Assembly (NCBI GenBank): GCA_028714475.1
Contig: JAQTNC010000001.1
Coordinates: 86,678 to 150,677 of the forward strand
DNA: 64,000 nucleotides
Direction: 5' to 3'
Origin: Patescibacteria group bacterium
GTDB taxonomy: Bacteria > Patescibacteriota > Patescibacteriia > SG8-24
Positions 51,211-61,425 of the stretch are shown one piece after another; the stretch's first letter is position 1; each line of letters opens with the position of its first letter. The translations under genes and the position numbers were made by a program. The notes under the pieces are model-generated. The model saw nothing but the letters and a program-made list of their open reading frames with translations. It searched no databases and was not told where the DNA came from.

Positions 51211-52074
51211 ATGCTCCCAAACCAACTCATCGGCCCGACGCAAATCATCCTCGGCGCCTGGAAAAACCTCTTGCGTCACAGCCGCCTCTATGCTGAATTT
51301 GTGGCCTGGATCACCGCCATCACCCTCATGCTGTGGGGTGTCGGCGCGCTGTCCCGTTCCCTTATCGCTGACCAGACGGCCGCCAGCGCCGTCTTCCTGA
51401 TTGCGCAGCTGCCGGCTTCCTTGGTCATCATGGCCCTCACGGCCGCCATCATTGACGCGACCGCCAAGACCCTGCAAAAACGCCGCCCGGCCTTCCTGGA
51501 GTCGCTGAACGTCGGCATTCATCGCCTCATCTCCCTCGTCTGGGTCTCCTTCCTGACGTCAGCCGTCGTCGTCATCGGACCGCTCATGGCCGTCGCGGTG
51601 TTCCTCGCCGTCCTGCGCTGGTCGCCAAGCGGCTGGGCCGCCTTCATCGGCTACGGCCTCCTCCTGCCGCTCGCCGCCGCCCTTCTCGCCGCGCCGCCGC
51701 TCGCCTATCTCATCCGCTTCGCCTTCGCTCCGGAATTCCTCGTCATGGACGGCGTCCGCGGCCGACAGGCCCTCGCCCAAAGCCGCCAGCTCGTGGCTGG
51801 CCGCTGGTGGCGCGTTTTCCTGCGCCTGGCCGTCCCGGCGCTTTTCTTCCTGCTCGCCAGCCGCCTCGCGGTGGCCGTCACCTACCTCGTCATCGGCTCC
51901 GTCCTCGGCGACCCCGGCCTTTTCTTCGGCCCGGCCGACCTGACCGCCCTCCCCGCCTTCCATGTGCTCATCATCACCGTCGTGCCCAGCGTCATCTATG
52001 GCTTCTCCGCGCCGCTTTACGTGGCCGCCAACCTCCTGCTCTGGTTCGACCTGAAAAGCACGCCCGCATCCTGA
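51211..52074 (+). CDS. Multi-TM membrane protein
   Basis: AL..S..LV.GRWW.VF.RL motif and many TM helices. Confidence 0.8.
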   Translation: MLPNQLIGPTQIILGAWKNLLRHSRLYAEFVAWITAITLMLWGVGALSRSLIADQTAASAVFLIAQLPASLVIMALTAAIIDATAKTLQKRRPAFLESLNVGIHRLISLVWVSFLTSAVVVIGPLMAVAVFLAVLRWSPSGWAAFIGYGLLLPLAAALLAAPPLAYLIRFAFAPEFLVMDGVRGRQALAQSRQLVAGRWWRVFLRLAVPALFFLLASRLAVAVTYLVIGSVLGDPGLFFGPADLTALPAFHVLIITVVPSVIYGFSAPLYVAANLLLWFDLKSTPAS

Positions 52075-52190
52075 CCGGAAAAGCGCCCGCTGGGGCGCTT
52101 TTTGAGATTTGCCGGAGTTCGCATATCCGATTAGAATAAACACGCGAACCGCCGGCCTCCGGCTGGCCTAAACCTAGCTGACCACGGCTT

Positions 52191-53708
52191 ATGAAACTCG
52201 AACCGGTCATCGGCCTCGAAATCCACGTCCAACTCAAGACCAAGTCCAAGATGTTCTGCGGCTGTTCGAACCGCGGCGAATACGAGCCGCCGAACACCAC
52301 CGTCTGCCCCATCTGTCTCGGCCAACCCGGCGCCCTGCCGGCGGTCAACAAGCAGGCCGTGGAATTCGGCTTGCTCGTCGGCCACGCCCTCGCCTGCCGC
52401 CCGGCCTCCATCTCGCGCTTCGACCGCAAGAACTACTTCTACCCCGACTTGCCCAAGGGCTACCAGATTTCCCAGAAGGACTTGCCGGTGGCCGAAAACG
52501 GCACGCTCTCCTTCGAGGTGCCGGAAGAAGGCGGCCGACGGTCAGTGACCATCCGCATCAACCGCGCACATCTCGAGGAGGATGCCGCCAAGCTCCTGCA
52601 CTCGCCGGACGGGATGAGCTCTTTCGTGGACTTCAACCGCGGCGGCACGCCGCTCATCGAGATCGTCACCGAGCCGGATCTCCGCACGCCTGCCGAAGCC
52701 AAGGCCTTCCTGCAGGAACTGCGGCTCATCATGCGCTACCTCGGCGTGTCTGACGCGGACATGGAGAAGGGTCATCTCCGTTGCGACGCCAACATCTCCA
52801 TGCGCGAGGTGGACGAGGACGGGACCCTTGGCCCGCTCAACCCCAAGACCGAGGTCAAGAACATCAATTCCTTCCGTGCGGTGGAGCACGCCCTCGAGTA
52901 CGAGATCAAGCGCCAGACCAAGCTCTGGATCGACGGCAAGCCGATCAAGGAGCAGTCCACGCGCGGCTGGGACGACGCAAAAAAAATCTCCGTCGCCCAG
53001 CGCACCAAGGAGGAGGCGCATGACTATCGGTATTTCCCGGAGCCGGACCTGCCGCCGCTCGATCTCACCCTGCTGGGCCAGGAAGTGCGCGGTCGCGTGC
53101 CGGAACTGCCCGCCAACCGACGCCGCCGTTTCGCCGAGGAATACGGTTTTACCGAGGCCGAAGCGCGCGTCTTCTGCGATGACCAGGAGCTCGCCGATTA
53201 TGCCGAACGGGTCATGTCGGAACTTCAGGAATGGGCCGCGTCGCTCGAAACGAAGATTGATTGGGAAGCGAACCGCCGCGACTTTGCGCGCCTGGTCGCC
53301 GGCTGGCTGCTCACCAAGCTCACTGGCCTCATGACGGAAAAGAAGATCGCGCTCGCCGAGCTGAAAATCACCCCGGAGAATTTCGCGGAGCTGCTCGCCA
53401 TGCTGCACGGGAAGAAGGTCACCGGCACCAACGCGCTGGTCATCCTGGGAGAAATGATTGACACCGGGGCTGACCCGTCCATCATCGCTGACGAGAAGAG
53501 CCTGCTCCTGTCCGATGACACCGAAGAGCTGGCGTCCATCGCCGGCAATATCGTCGTTGCTAATCCGGCGGCCGTTGAGGACTACCGCAAGGGCAAGACC
53601 AATTCCGTGCAATTCCTCGTCGGCCAAATGATGAAAGCCACCCGTGGCAAAGCTGACCCGCAGACGGCCCGAGAACTGATCGAGACGGAGCTGAAGAAGT
53701 TGGGGTAA
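52191..53708 (+). CDS. gatB: Asp/Glu-tRNA amidotransferase subunit B
   Basis: IGLEIHVQL, FDRKNYFYPDLPKGYQISQ, HLEED, DYRYFPEPDL, GQMMKATRGKADP. Confidence 0.99.
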   Translation: MKLEPVIGLEIHVQLKTKSKMFCGCSNRGEYEPPNTTVCPICLGQPGALPAVNKQAVEFGLLVGHALACRPASISRFDRKNYFYPDLPKGYQISQKDLPVAENGTLSFEVPEEGGRRSVTIRINRAHLEEDAAKLLHSPDGMSSFVDFNRGGTPLIEIVTEPDLRTPAEAKAFLQELRLIMRYLGVSDADMEKGHLRCDANISMREVDEDGTLGPLNPKTEVKNINSFRAVEHALEYEIKRQTKLWIDGKPIKEQSTRGWDDAKKISVAQRTKEEAHDYRYFPEPDLPPLDLTLLGQEVRGRVPELPANRRRRFAEEYGFTEAEARVFCDDQELADYAERVMSELQEWAASLETKIDWEANRRDFARLVAGWLLTKLTGLMTEKKIALAELKITPENFAELLAMLHGKKVTGTNALVILGEMIDTGADPSIIADEKSLLLSDDTEELASIAGNIVVANPAAVEDYRKGKTNSVQFLVGQMMKATRGKADPQTARELIETELKKLG

Positions 53709-53829
53709 GCTATCAGACCAACCCTGCCAAATGCCATCCCCCGCAGTACTGCGGGGGATGGTCATCAATAGTATGTGGAATATATTTGAAAAGCCTCCCG
53801 CCAAAGCGGGAAGCTTTCGTGTCCGCGGG

Positions 53830-53997
53830 TTATTGCTTCGGCAAAATCTTGAACATGCCGGTGCCGCAAGTGGTGCAGGTGCCCTTCATCGCCGGGCGGG
53901 TGCCACCTCCCTTGGCAGGCATCTCAATCTGATGGGCGTCCTTCATCTCGCGCTTGTCCTTGCATTTGACGCAATATCCGATAACCTGGTCGGCCAT
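53830..53997 (-). CDS. DUF5679-like small zinc-ribbon protein (55 aa, not in ORF track)
   Basis: Hand translation MADQVIGYCVKCKDKREMKDAHQIEMPAKGGGTRPAMKGTCTTCGTGMFKILPKQ. Confidence 0.85.
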   Translation of the reverse strand: MADQVIGYCVKCKDKREMKDAHQIEMPAKGGGTRPAMKGTCTTCGTGMFKILPKQ

Positions 53998-54127
53998 ATA
54001 TTAAAAGTTAGTCTATGCTAACTCTGTTAAGACTTACTAAGGCTATTGTAACAATTTTGCCCAATTATCGCCACTTTTAGGTCAAAGGCAGCCAAAAATA
54101 CTATATTTTAGCAAAAAATTCTGATAT

Positions 54128-55108
54128 TCACCGGCTACTTTTGCCCCTGTTTTCGCGTCTGTTCTTGAGCCAAGCACCAGCGAGCCGAAAGGCCGTTTTC
54201 GGCGATGCAACCCAACGAATCGCGGCGTCTCTTTTGAACCAGGCCTGCTGTCGCTTGGCAAAACGGCGCGTGTCGCGCTTGATTCTGCGCACCGCTTCCT
54301 CAAGGGTCGTCTCGCCACGCAGGTATCCGCCCAACTGACGATGACCGAGGCTCGTGAGCACCGGCGCGTCCCAGCCGTAACGGCGACCGAGACGCTGCGC
54401 CTCCTTGAGGAGCCCGTCTTTCATCATGCGGTCAACGCGCTGGTCTATCCGCCGATACATTTCCTCGCGTGGCCGACTGACGCCGATCTTCAGTACGTCG
54501 AAAAGGGGTTCTCCTTTTTGTTGAAGGTCGGTCATGGTGCGTCCGGTCGCCCGCATGACCTCTAGCGCACGAATGATGTAACGAGGATTCCGCCCGGCTC
54601 GCGCCGCATAGGCAGAGTCTTTCGCAACTAATTCTGCCCCGAGCTTGTCGAGGGGCAGTTTGGCACATGCTGCTCGGAACTTCATGTCCGGTGGAGCTTC
54701 CGGCATCTGAAAATTATCCGCTACGGCGCTCACATACAATCCGGTGCCGCCGCAAAGAATTGGCAGACGGCCGCGCTTGATGATTTCCCGCGCTTTCCTG
54801 ACCGCCAACGTCTTGAACTCCGCGAGCGTGATTGGCTTGGCTGGCGACCGGAAAGCAATGAGATGGTGTGGCACGCCTTGCGCGATATACACGCGCCGTG
54901 CGCCGCGCTTTACCCACTTACCAGGAATGATGTCCGCGCCGATATCCAAACCACGATAAAACTGCCGCGAGTCCGCGGAAATGATTTCGCCGTTGAATTT
55001 CCTGGCGAGCGCAATCGCCAAGTCCGTCTTCCCCGCCGCCGTCGGACCGAGAATAACAAGTAGCGGCGGGGTGCGGCACGAAGACTTGGAGTGCCGCACG
55101 GGCGGCAT
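54128..55108 (-). CDS. miaA: tRNA dimethylallyltransferase
   Basis: GPTAAGKT, SADSRQ.YRG.DIG, PHHL, GGTGLY, IRALE, AKRQ.AWF; start uncertain. Confidence 0.95.
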   Translation of the reverse strand: MPPVRHSKSSCRTPPLLVILGPTAAGKTDLAIALARKFNGEIISADSRQFYRGLDIGADIIPGKWVKRGARRVYIAQGVPHHLIAFRSPAKPITLAEFKTLAVRKAREIIKRGRLPILCGGTGLYVSAVADNFQMPEAPPDMKFRAACAKLPLDKLGAELVAKDSAYAARAGRNPRYIIRALEVMRATGRTMTDLQQKGEPLFDVLKIGVSRPREEMYRRIDQRVDRMMKDGLLKEAQRLGRRYGWDAPVLTSLGHRQLGGYLRGETTLEEAVRRIKRDTRRFAKRQQAWFKRDAAIRWVASPKTAFRLAGAWLKNRRENRGKSSR

Positions 55109-55378
55109 GGGCCGCCCCGGGTTTGGCGAGCAATTTCCGATTATATGCGAGCTGAACTGTCCCCGCACCACCTTGGACGAAAGTCGATATTTCAGCCGTA
55201 AGCTACAAGCCATAAGCCTCAAGGGAGCGTCGCAGGGAATGGTTTCCTGCGACTTAATGATAGCCCTTCAGGGAAAGCCTAACCGACCGGAGCCTCAAAT
55301 ACAAATCGAGGCCCGCGCGAAGCGCAGGCCTCTCAATCTCAAGGGCTAAAGTCAGAGTTCAAAGGGCAAGGTCGAGTG

Positions 55379-55987
55379 TCACGGGACACTCGCGGGAACC
55401 GCAGCGGGCATCGCCGCACCCCACCTGTTGTCGAGCTCATCGTAGCCCCAGCACCAACTCTCGCTGTCCCAGAACAGGTAGCGGACGCGCAGGTCGCCGA
55501 GGCTACTGCGGTAAATGGTACCCCAGAAGAAGTAGAAAACGTACCTCCTCTTCCAAGATGCCGGGATTTCTTCCGGGTGTGCCAACAGCCAGTCGAGCAG
55601 GTTGGCGTTGTAGGGCTTCTTGCAGGCCACGATAACATGTAGATCGTGACCGACGATGGTGCCGCTGCCCTGGGCATCCGAGAGGAAGATCTCCGCCCTC
55701 TCTGGTTTCCAATCGAGTTGGCCGTTCCCGTGATGTCCGATGACCGTCCAGCCCTTTGGGCAGAACGGCGCGGCGTCGAGGTCGACGGTGTGCGACTTGG
55801 AGGCCGGCGGCTTGAGCGGCCGCAATCCAAGCTCTCGCCGGATGCGGCCACGGTTCGCTTGCGCGATATTGCCATCGCGCAGGTCAGCGAGCAGGCCGGA
55901 GGCCAATATCGCTTGGACTTGCTCGAGTGGCGTTTCCAAGAAGAGGGTGAGGATGGCGGTCGCTTGGGGTAGGGTTGCCTTGTTCAT
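55379..55987 (-). CDS. Hypothetical protein resembling CPR DGR variable (CLec-like) proteins
   Basis: NANLLDWLLAHPEEIP..WK, FFWGTIYR...VRYL.W....W.W....LDN.W....PAA. Confidence 0.75.
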   Translation of the reverse strand: MNKATLPQATAILTLFLETPLEQVQAILASGLLADLRDGNIAQANRGRIRRELGLRPLKPPASKSHTVDLDAAPFCPKGWTVIGHHGNGQLDWKPERAEIFLSDAQGSGTIVGHDLHVIVACKKPYNANLLDWLLAHPEEIPASWKRRYVFYFFWGTIYRSSLGDLRVRYLFWDSESWCWGYDELDNRWGAAMPAAVPASVP

Positions 55988-56139
55988 GGCAATTCCTTTC
56001 GTCGTCGTTCCGGCTTCGCCTTGGGCCGCACCGTGCGGCTTTTTGGTTGGCCAATTGAAAAGAACGACCTAAACGCTGCTGGAGCGTTGCGGATACCCTA
56101 GCACACTCCGAAAAAATGTCAACCGGTACAAACCGTACC

Positions 56140-56589
56140 ATCGGCGGCGGAACCCCTTCGCCCCGGCTCCCGGGCCGGGGCGGCGGTTTGGTAATACATT
56201 ACGGTGAGCCGACTGCATTCCGCTCAGGGGATATAATAATTCCTTGCGGAAGACTCGCCGTCATTTCGCGAGGCCAGCCCTGCACCGTAATGGTACAGGG
56301 CTCCCGCAGGCCCAGCGCGTGCTTTTATTAGGTTAGTGGAAGGTGCTTCCGAGGCGACCGCCGGGCGGAGCCGGTTCCGGAGACAATCGCTCGCGCAATT
56401 ACGCATCCAGCGCGAGCGCTGTCGACGGAAGCGGCTCCGCCCGGCGGGAGCGGCTTTCTCTGGATTTCGTTTTTTCTCGTGAGTCGTTCGCCGACTCGCG
56501 GCACACCCTGCGGCAGGCAGAGGCCTGGATCCCCGCTTTCGCGGGGATGGTAAGAATATAGGTGGTGTCAGGACAAGCCTGACCGCTAC
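56140..56589. repeat. Mosaic of hairpins and REP-like elements
   Basis: Long hairpin 56358-56447, atccccgctttcgcggggat at 56529, GTAG REP 56561-56589 overlapping the miaB stop codon. Confidence 0.6.
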
Positions 56590-57926
56590 ACCTTCTCCCC
56601 CTCCAGCATCCATGTCATCGACTTCGTCACTTTCATGAGCACGATCTGACCGGTTAGGTCCGCGTCCGAGCGGAACCGCGCCAGTTTCATCTCCCGTGTG
56701 TTGCCGACCCAGAAGCCCTGCCTGCCGGCAGGCACGGCGCGGTCCCGCCGCTCCACCAGCACCTCCACCACCCGGCCAAAATATGTCTGATTCTTGCGGA
56801 AAACCGTCTCTTCCATCAGGTCCTGCAAGGCGTTCCACCGCCGCTTCTTCTCCTCGCGCGGCACATCATCTTTATAGAACTGCGCGGCCTGCGTGCCGGA
56901 ACGCACGCTGTACATGGCGTTGTAGGAGATGTCGAAGTCAGCGGCGCGATACAGGCGCAGGGTGTCCTCGAACTGTTCCGCCGTCTCGCCACAGAACCCG
57001 ACGATGATGTCCGTGCCAAGCGCGATGCCTGGCCGACGCTCGTTCACGCGCCGGATGATGTCGAGATATTGTGCGGAGGTGTATCGCCGATTCATGCGCT
57101 TCAGCACCTCGTCGTTGCCCCCCTGCACCGGCAAATGCAGGTAATTCACCTGGTGCGGCAAAGCGAGCGCGTCAATCACCTCTTCCGTCATGTGCGTCGG
57201 GTAGGAAGCAGTGTAGTGAATGCGGCGCAGGCCGGACAAACGATCAATCTCCCAAAGCAACGCGGCAAAATGATCCTTGTACGGATTGGCGGCGGAGAAC
57301 GACGACGGGTCAGGCGCGCAATACGCATTCACGGCCTGACCGAGCAGAGTAATTTCAACTACGCCGCGGCCAACCAATTCCGCTGCCTCGGAAAGAATAT
57401 CCGCCGCCGGCCGGTTCTTCTCCAAACCGCGCGCGTGCGGCACGACGCAATAGGTGCAGAACTTGTTGCAGCCGGTCTGGATCGGCACGAACGCCTGGAA
57501 CGCGCTCGTGTGCCGCGGACGGATCTTCAGGTAATCGTCGGTCATCTCGCCGCACGTCGCGAAGTCCGGCCGCAGTTCCGCGAGCCAACGCGGCAGCTGG
57601 GTCATGTCGTGAATCGGGAAATACAAATCCGCGCCCGGCATCTTAGCGCGAATCTTCCCGTCCTTGTCGCGTCCCGGCAGACAGCCGGTGACGCCGACGA
57701 TCAAATCGGGCTTGCTCTCCCTCAACCGACCGAACTCCTTCAGCTTGCCGAAAATCCGGTCCTCGGCCGCCTGCCGCACGGAGCAGGTGTTGAGCAGAAT
57801 CAAATCCGCCGCGGTTTCGTCCGCCGTCTCGACCAATCCCAATGAATCCAGAAGCGCGGCCAGGCGCTCGGAGTCGGATTTATTCATCTGGCAGCCGAAG
57901 GTGATGAGGTGATACTTCAAACCCAT
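56586..57926 (-). CDS. miaB: tRNA methylthiotransferase MiaB
   Basis: TFGCQMN..DSE, NTCSVR, GCNKFCTYCVVP, LHLPVQ.G, TDIIVGF.GET, TRAM domain. Confidence 0.96.
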   Translation of the reverse strand: MGLKYHLITFGCQMNKSDSERLAALLDSLGLVETADETAADLILLNTCSVRQAAEDRIFGKLKEFGRLRESKPDLIVGVTGCLPGRDKDGKIRAKMPGADLYFPIHDMTQLPRWLAELRPDFATCGEMTDDYLKIRPRHTSAFQAFVPIQTGCNKFCTYCVVPHARGLEKNRPAADILSEAAELVGRGVVEITLLGQAVNAYCAPDPSSFSAANPYKDHFAALLWEIDRLSGLRRIHYTASYPTHMTEEVIDALALPHQVNYLHLPVQGGNDEVLKRMNRRYTSAQYLDIIRRVNERRPGIALGTDIIVGFCGETAEQFEDTLRLYRAADFDISYNAMYSVRSGTQAAQFYKDDVPREEKKRRWNALQDLMEETVFRKNQTYFGRVVEVLVERRDRAVPAGRQGFWVGNTREMKLARFRSDADLTGQIVLMKVTKSMTWMLEGEKV

Positions 57927-58083
57927 AACAGCGGAAGGTTAACCGTAAAAAGCCGATATGTCAACGCGAAAATCGTCGGTTAAGTTACGCAAAATCCTTC
58001 ACCTATTAGACAAAATCATTGACAAATAAGCAAAAATATGCTAAGGTTTAATTATCCTAAACCATCAAATATTTTGAAACTAT

Positions 58084-59289
58084 ATGAGACACGAAGGCGC
58101 ACCAAGACTGCCGGATGAGGTCGTCGACCAGCCGGAAGACAAAGCCGTCGAAGACCGTCGTTCTGGCGAGTACGAAAAATTCGATACGGCTGGTATTTTT
58201 GATGCCCTTCCTAGCGAGGATGAGGCAAAAAAATTCGAGCAAACAGCGCCCGAAGCCGATCCGGAAATCACAATCGGCCGCGACGAACTGACAGAAGAAG
58301 AAATGGATGCCGTTCGGCAAGAAGCAAATGCCTCGCTGAAACCCGTGGAGTTGAAGGCGCCGGTGGGCAAAAGGGAGCCCGATGACGAAAATTTTCCCAT
58401 CCCCAAAGGTGCGGTAGGCAGGGTTGAGGGTTCAATGAAGCTGCCCGAAAATTTACCTATATCGATGTCAAAGAAGAGCGAGGCCCAGATGAGGAAAGAA
58501 ACGGCTGAGACCAGGGAGTATTTCCCCATCCCCAAAGGCGCCGAGGGCAAGGTTGAACTGAAGAGTCCGGTGGCTTCGCCGGAATCGCAGGCGGCTCATA
58601 GGGCGCGTCGGGCGGCAGAACTGGAAAGAGCACAGGCTCAAGTCGAAGCGGCCTTTTACGCGCAAGGCGACAAGATGACGGCGGGGACGGAACGCTCAAA
58701 GCGAGCGATGGCCGAAGCGAGTCAGCGCCTCGCCGAAGCCCGAAAGAACGCCGCTCCGGAAATCACCATCAAAGAAGCAACGGCCGCAGAAACGGGTGAA
58801 GCAAACCGAGCGGTGGACGAGGCGAATCAAGCGGCTGCCAACGAACAGCTTAGTGCCGAATCCAGCGCGGAAGAACAGGCTTTCTTCGAAACGGGCTCCA
58901 GAGGATATACGGAACGCGGCGAGGGCGGCATGACAGCCGGCCAAGTCGGCGAGTACGTTGACAAGGGGGCATCGCTGAAAAAAACCGGGGGTGTCGGGGA
59001 AAATGCCGCCTCGCGCGTCGCGTTCCTGACCAAACGGATTGAGGAGCTCAAAAAGGTGGAGGCCGAAACGGAGCCCGCTGCTCAAGCCCAAAAGATGAGA
59101 GGGTTTTTTGGCAGGCTCCTAAACCGCAAGGATGCCGGGGCCGCGCTCTCGCACAAGAAAGCGGTCGAGGCACTGGGCAACGCCCAAGCCGAACTCAATG
59201 AAATCAGGAACCGCCAGGCAAATCCAGAGGGGACGGCATATGCCGGCGCCATCCGCAGTGTAACCGCCGCGGCGAAGCGCGGTCGCTAA
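58084..59289 (+). CDS. Acidic Ala/Glu-rich hypothetical protein with internal repeat
   Basis: 401 aa; ENFPIPKGAVGRVE / EYFPIPKGAEGKVE; TTGACA promoter at about 58019. Confidence 0.75.
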   Translation: MRHEGAPRLPDEVVDQPEDKAVEDRRSGEYEKFDTAGIFDALPSEDEAKKFEQTAPEADPEITIGRDELTEEEMDAVRQEANASLKPVELKAPVGKREPDDENFPIPKGAVGRVEGSMKLPENLPISMSKKSEAQMRKETAETREYFPIPKGAEGKVELKSPVASPESQAAHRARRAAELERAQAQVEAAFYAQGDKMTAGTERSKRAMAEASQRLAEARKNAAPEITIKEATAAETGEANRAVDEANQAAANEQLSAESSAEEQAFFETGSRGYTERGEGGMTAGQVGEYVDKGASLKKTGGVGENAASRVAFLTKRIEELKKVEAETEPAAQAQKMRGFFGRLLNRKDAGAALSHKKAVEALGNAQAELNEIRNRQANPEGTAYAGAIRSVTAAAKRGR

Positions 59290-59298
59290 ACAAGATTG

Positions 59299-59429
59299 AA
59301 AACCGCCCCCCGCAGTACTGCGGGGGGCGGTTTTGATTTGAGCAGCACGCATACGCATGTTCTTCCCCGAGCGGAGCGCAGCGGAGTCGAGGGGCGGGCG
59401 GCAGGCCCTCCACAAGGTCGGGCCAGAAC
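59299..59429. repeat. Palindrome/terminator plus composite repeat between convergent genes
   Basis: aaaaccgccccccgcagtactgcggggggcggtttt, then ccccgagcggagcgcagcggagtcgagggg. Confidence 0.75.
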
Positions 59430-59472
59430 AAAAGCCGCCGATTTCGCCGGCGGCTTTCTCATTGTGCCGAGA

Positions 59473-61290
59473 CTACCCTTTCCTCTTCGCGATCTCCTCC
59501 GTCACCTTCGTGACGAACGCCTTCACGGTCATGCGCGTTTCCTTCTGCTGGCCGCGCTTGCGGACGTTCACGGTCTTGAGGGTCTTTTCCTTATCGCCGA
59601 CCACCAGCATATACGGCACCTTGGCCTTCTCAGACTTGCGAATCTTGTACCCGACCGTCTCGCGCGAATCGTCGGAAACGGCGCGGATGCCGGCGGCCAC
59701 GAGCTGGTCGGCGAGCTTCTTCGCGACTTTCCAGTGGTCCTTGCCGACCGGGATGACTTGCACCTGCACGGGAGCGAGCCAGGTCGGAAAAGCGCCGGCG
59801 TAATGCTCGATGAGCACGGCCATGAAGCGCTCGATGGAACCGAGGATGGCGCGGTGAATCATCACCGGCCGCTTCTTCTGGCCGTCAGTATCGGTGTATT
59901 CGAGCTGGAATCTCTCCGGCAGGTTGAAATCGAGCTGGACCGTGGCGAGCTGCCATTCGCGGCCGATGGCGTCCTTAGCCATGAAGTCGATCTTCGGCCC
60001 GTAGAACGCCGCTTCACCCACGCCGACGGTGTAATCCATCTTGAACTCCTTGAGGATTTTGGCGAGCGTCCCTTCGGCTTTGGCCCAGACTTCGGGCGAG
60101 CCGAGCACTTTCTCCGGATGCTCTGGGTCGTGCGTGGAAAGCCGCGCGCGAAGGCTCATCTTGAAGACCGCGTAGAACTTGCTGATGATCTTGTAGACGT
60201 TCTTCACTTCCTGTTCCACCTGATCAATCCGGCAGAAAAGATGGCCGTCGTCCTGGGTGAGCGAACGCACGCGCGAAAGGCCCTGCAGCTGGCCGGTGTT
60301 CTCGTCGCGGTAGCAGGTCGTGACTTCGCTGTAGCGGATGGGCAGGTCGCGGTAACTGCGCGGCTGGGAGGCGAAGATTTGCGTGTGATGTGGGCAGTTC
60401 ATCGGCTTGATGACGAACGCGTCATCGGTCTTCTTCGAAGTGACGTGGAAGAGGTCGTCCTGAAACTTGTCCCAGTGACCGGAGGTCTTGTAGAGGTCGG
60501 TCTTGGCGAGATGCGGAATCCAGACGCGCTGGTAGCCGAACGGCTGCTGGAGGCCCCAAACGAAGGTCTCGAGCTCGCGGCGGACGAGCGTGCCGCGCGG
60601 GGTGAACATCGGCAGGCCCGGACCGACGAGGTTCGAGAAGGTGTAGAGGTCGAGTTCTTGACCGAGCTTGCGGTGGTCGCGCTTCTCGGCTTCCTCCATC
60701 AGCTTGAGGTGCGCGTCGAGTTCTTCCTGCGTCGCGAAGCACAACCCGTACACGCGCTGGAGCATCGGGTTGTTCTCGTCACCGCGCCAGTAAGCGCCGG
60801 CGACTGACTTCAGCTTGAACGCGCCGATTTCCTTGGCGTTCGCCACGTGAGGGCCGCGACACAAATCCGTGAACTTGCCGGTGCGGTAGATGCTGACAAC
60901 GTTGGGTTTGGCGACGTCGATGTCCCCCGCCTCCTCCTCGCGCACGGCAGTCGTACCCTTCTCCTGGATGGCGCGCAGCAACTGGACCTTGTATGGCTGG
61001 TTCAACCCGTCGAAAAGCTCAATGGCCTTTTCGATGGGCATCTCCTCGCGCACGAACTCAACCTTGCGCGCCTGCAGGTCGCGCATCCGCTTCTCGAGCT
61101 TCTGGAGATCGAGCGGGGTGAGCGGTTTCGGCAGATCAAGGTCGTAATAGAAGCCGTGCTCCACGACCGGCCCGACGCCAAATTTGGCTTCGGGGTAAAG
61201 CTCCTGCACGGCGGCCGCGAGCAAATGCGCGCAGGAATGGCGCTGGATCTCGATGGCCGGTAAATCGACGGCTTTTTCCTTGTTAGACAT
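59473..61290 (-). CDS. thrS: Threonine--tRNA ligase
   Basis: RHSCAHLL, DLCRGPH, RDHRKLG, KPMNCPHH, GLSRVR, AFYGPKID, HRA.LGS.ERF; start MSNKEK. Confidence 0.99.
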   Translation of the reverse strand: MSNKEKAVDLPAIEIQRHSCAHLLAAAVQELYPEAKFGVGPVVEHGFYYDLDLPKPLTPLDLQKLEKRMRDLQARKVEFVREEMPIEKAIELFDGLNQPYKVQLLRAIQEKGTTAVREEEAGDIDVAKPNVVSIYRTGKFTDLCRGPHVANAKEIGAFKLKSVAGAYWRGDENNPMLQRVYGLCFATQEELDAHLKLMEEAEKRDHRKLGQELDLYTFSNLVGPGLPMFTPRGTLVRRELETFVWGLQQPFGYQRVWIPHLAKTDLYKTSGHWDKFQDDLFHVTSKKTDDAFVIKPMNCPHHTQIFASQPRSYRDLPIRYSEVTTCYRDENTGQLQGLSRVRSLTQDDGHLFCRIDQVEQEVKNVYKIISKFYAVFKMSLRARLSTHDPEHPEKVLGSPEVWAKAEGTLAKILKEFKMDYTVGVGEAAFYGPKIDFMAKDAIGREWQLATVQLDFNLPERFQLEYTDTDGQKKRPVMIHRAILGSIERFMAVLIEHYAGAFPTWLAPVQVQVIPVGKDHWKVAKKLADQLVAAGIRAVSDDSRETVGYKIRKSEKAKVPYMLVVGDKEKTLKTVNVRKRGQQKETRMTVKAFVTKVTEEIAKRKG

Positions 61291-61425
61291 ATCGGGAAAG
61301 ATGTATTTATAGCCGAAATTATGATACGCCCCGAGGATAGATTTGGCAACCAAAAGAAGTGTCCTTGACGTAGGCCGTATTTTCCGTAAGATTAGCCCAA
61401 ACGCAAGAAGACGGAGGAATCGAAG

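Noticed and set aside
59296-60807. Long antisense ORFs (here opposite thrS; also 28537-30198, 38818-40092, 10468-11895, 5327-6667, 52542-53804)
   Set aside because: Shadow ORFs from GC-rich codon bias on the opposite strand of clear genes; no recognisable motifs.
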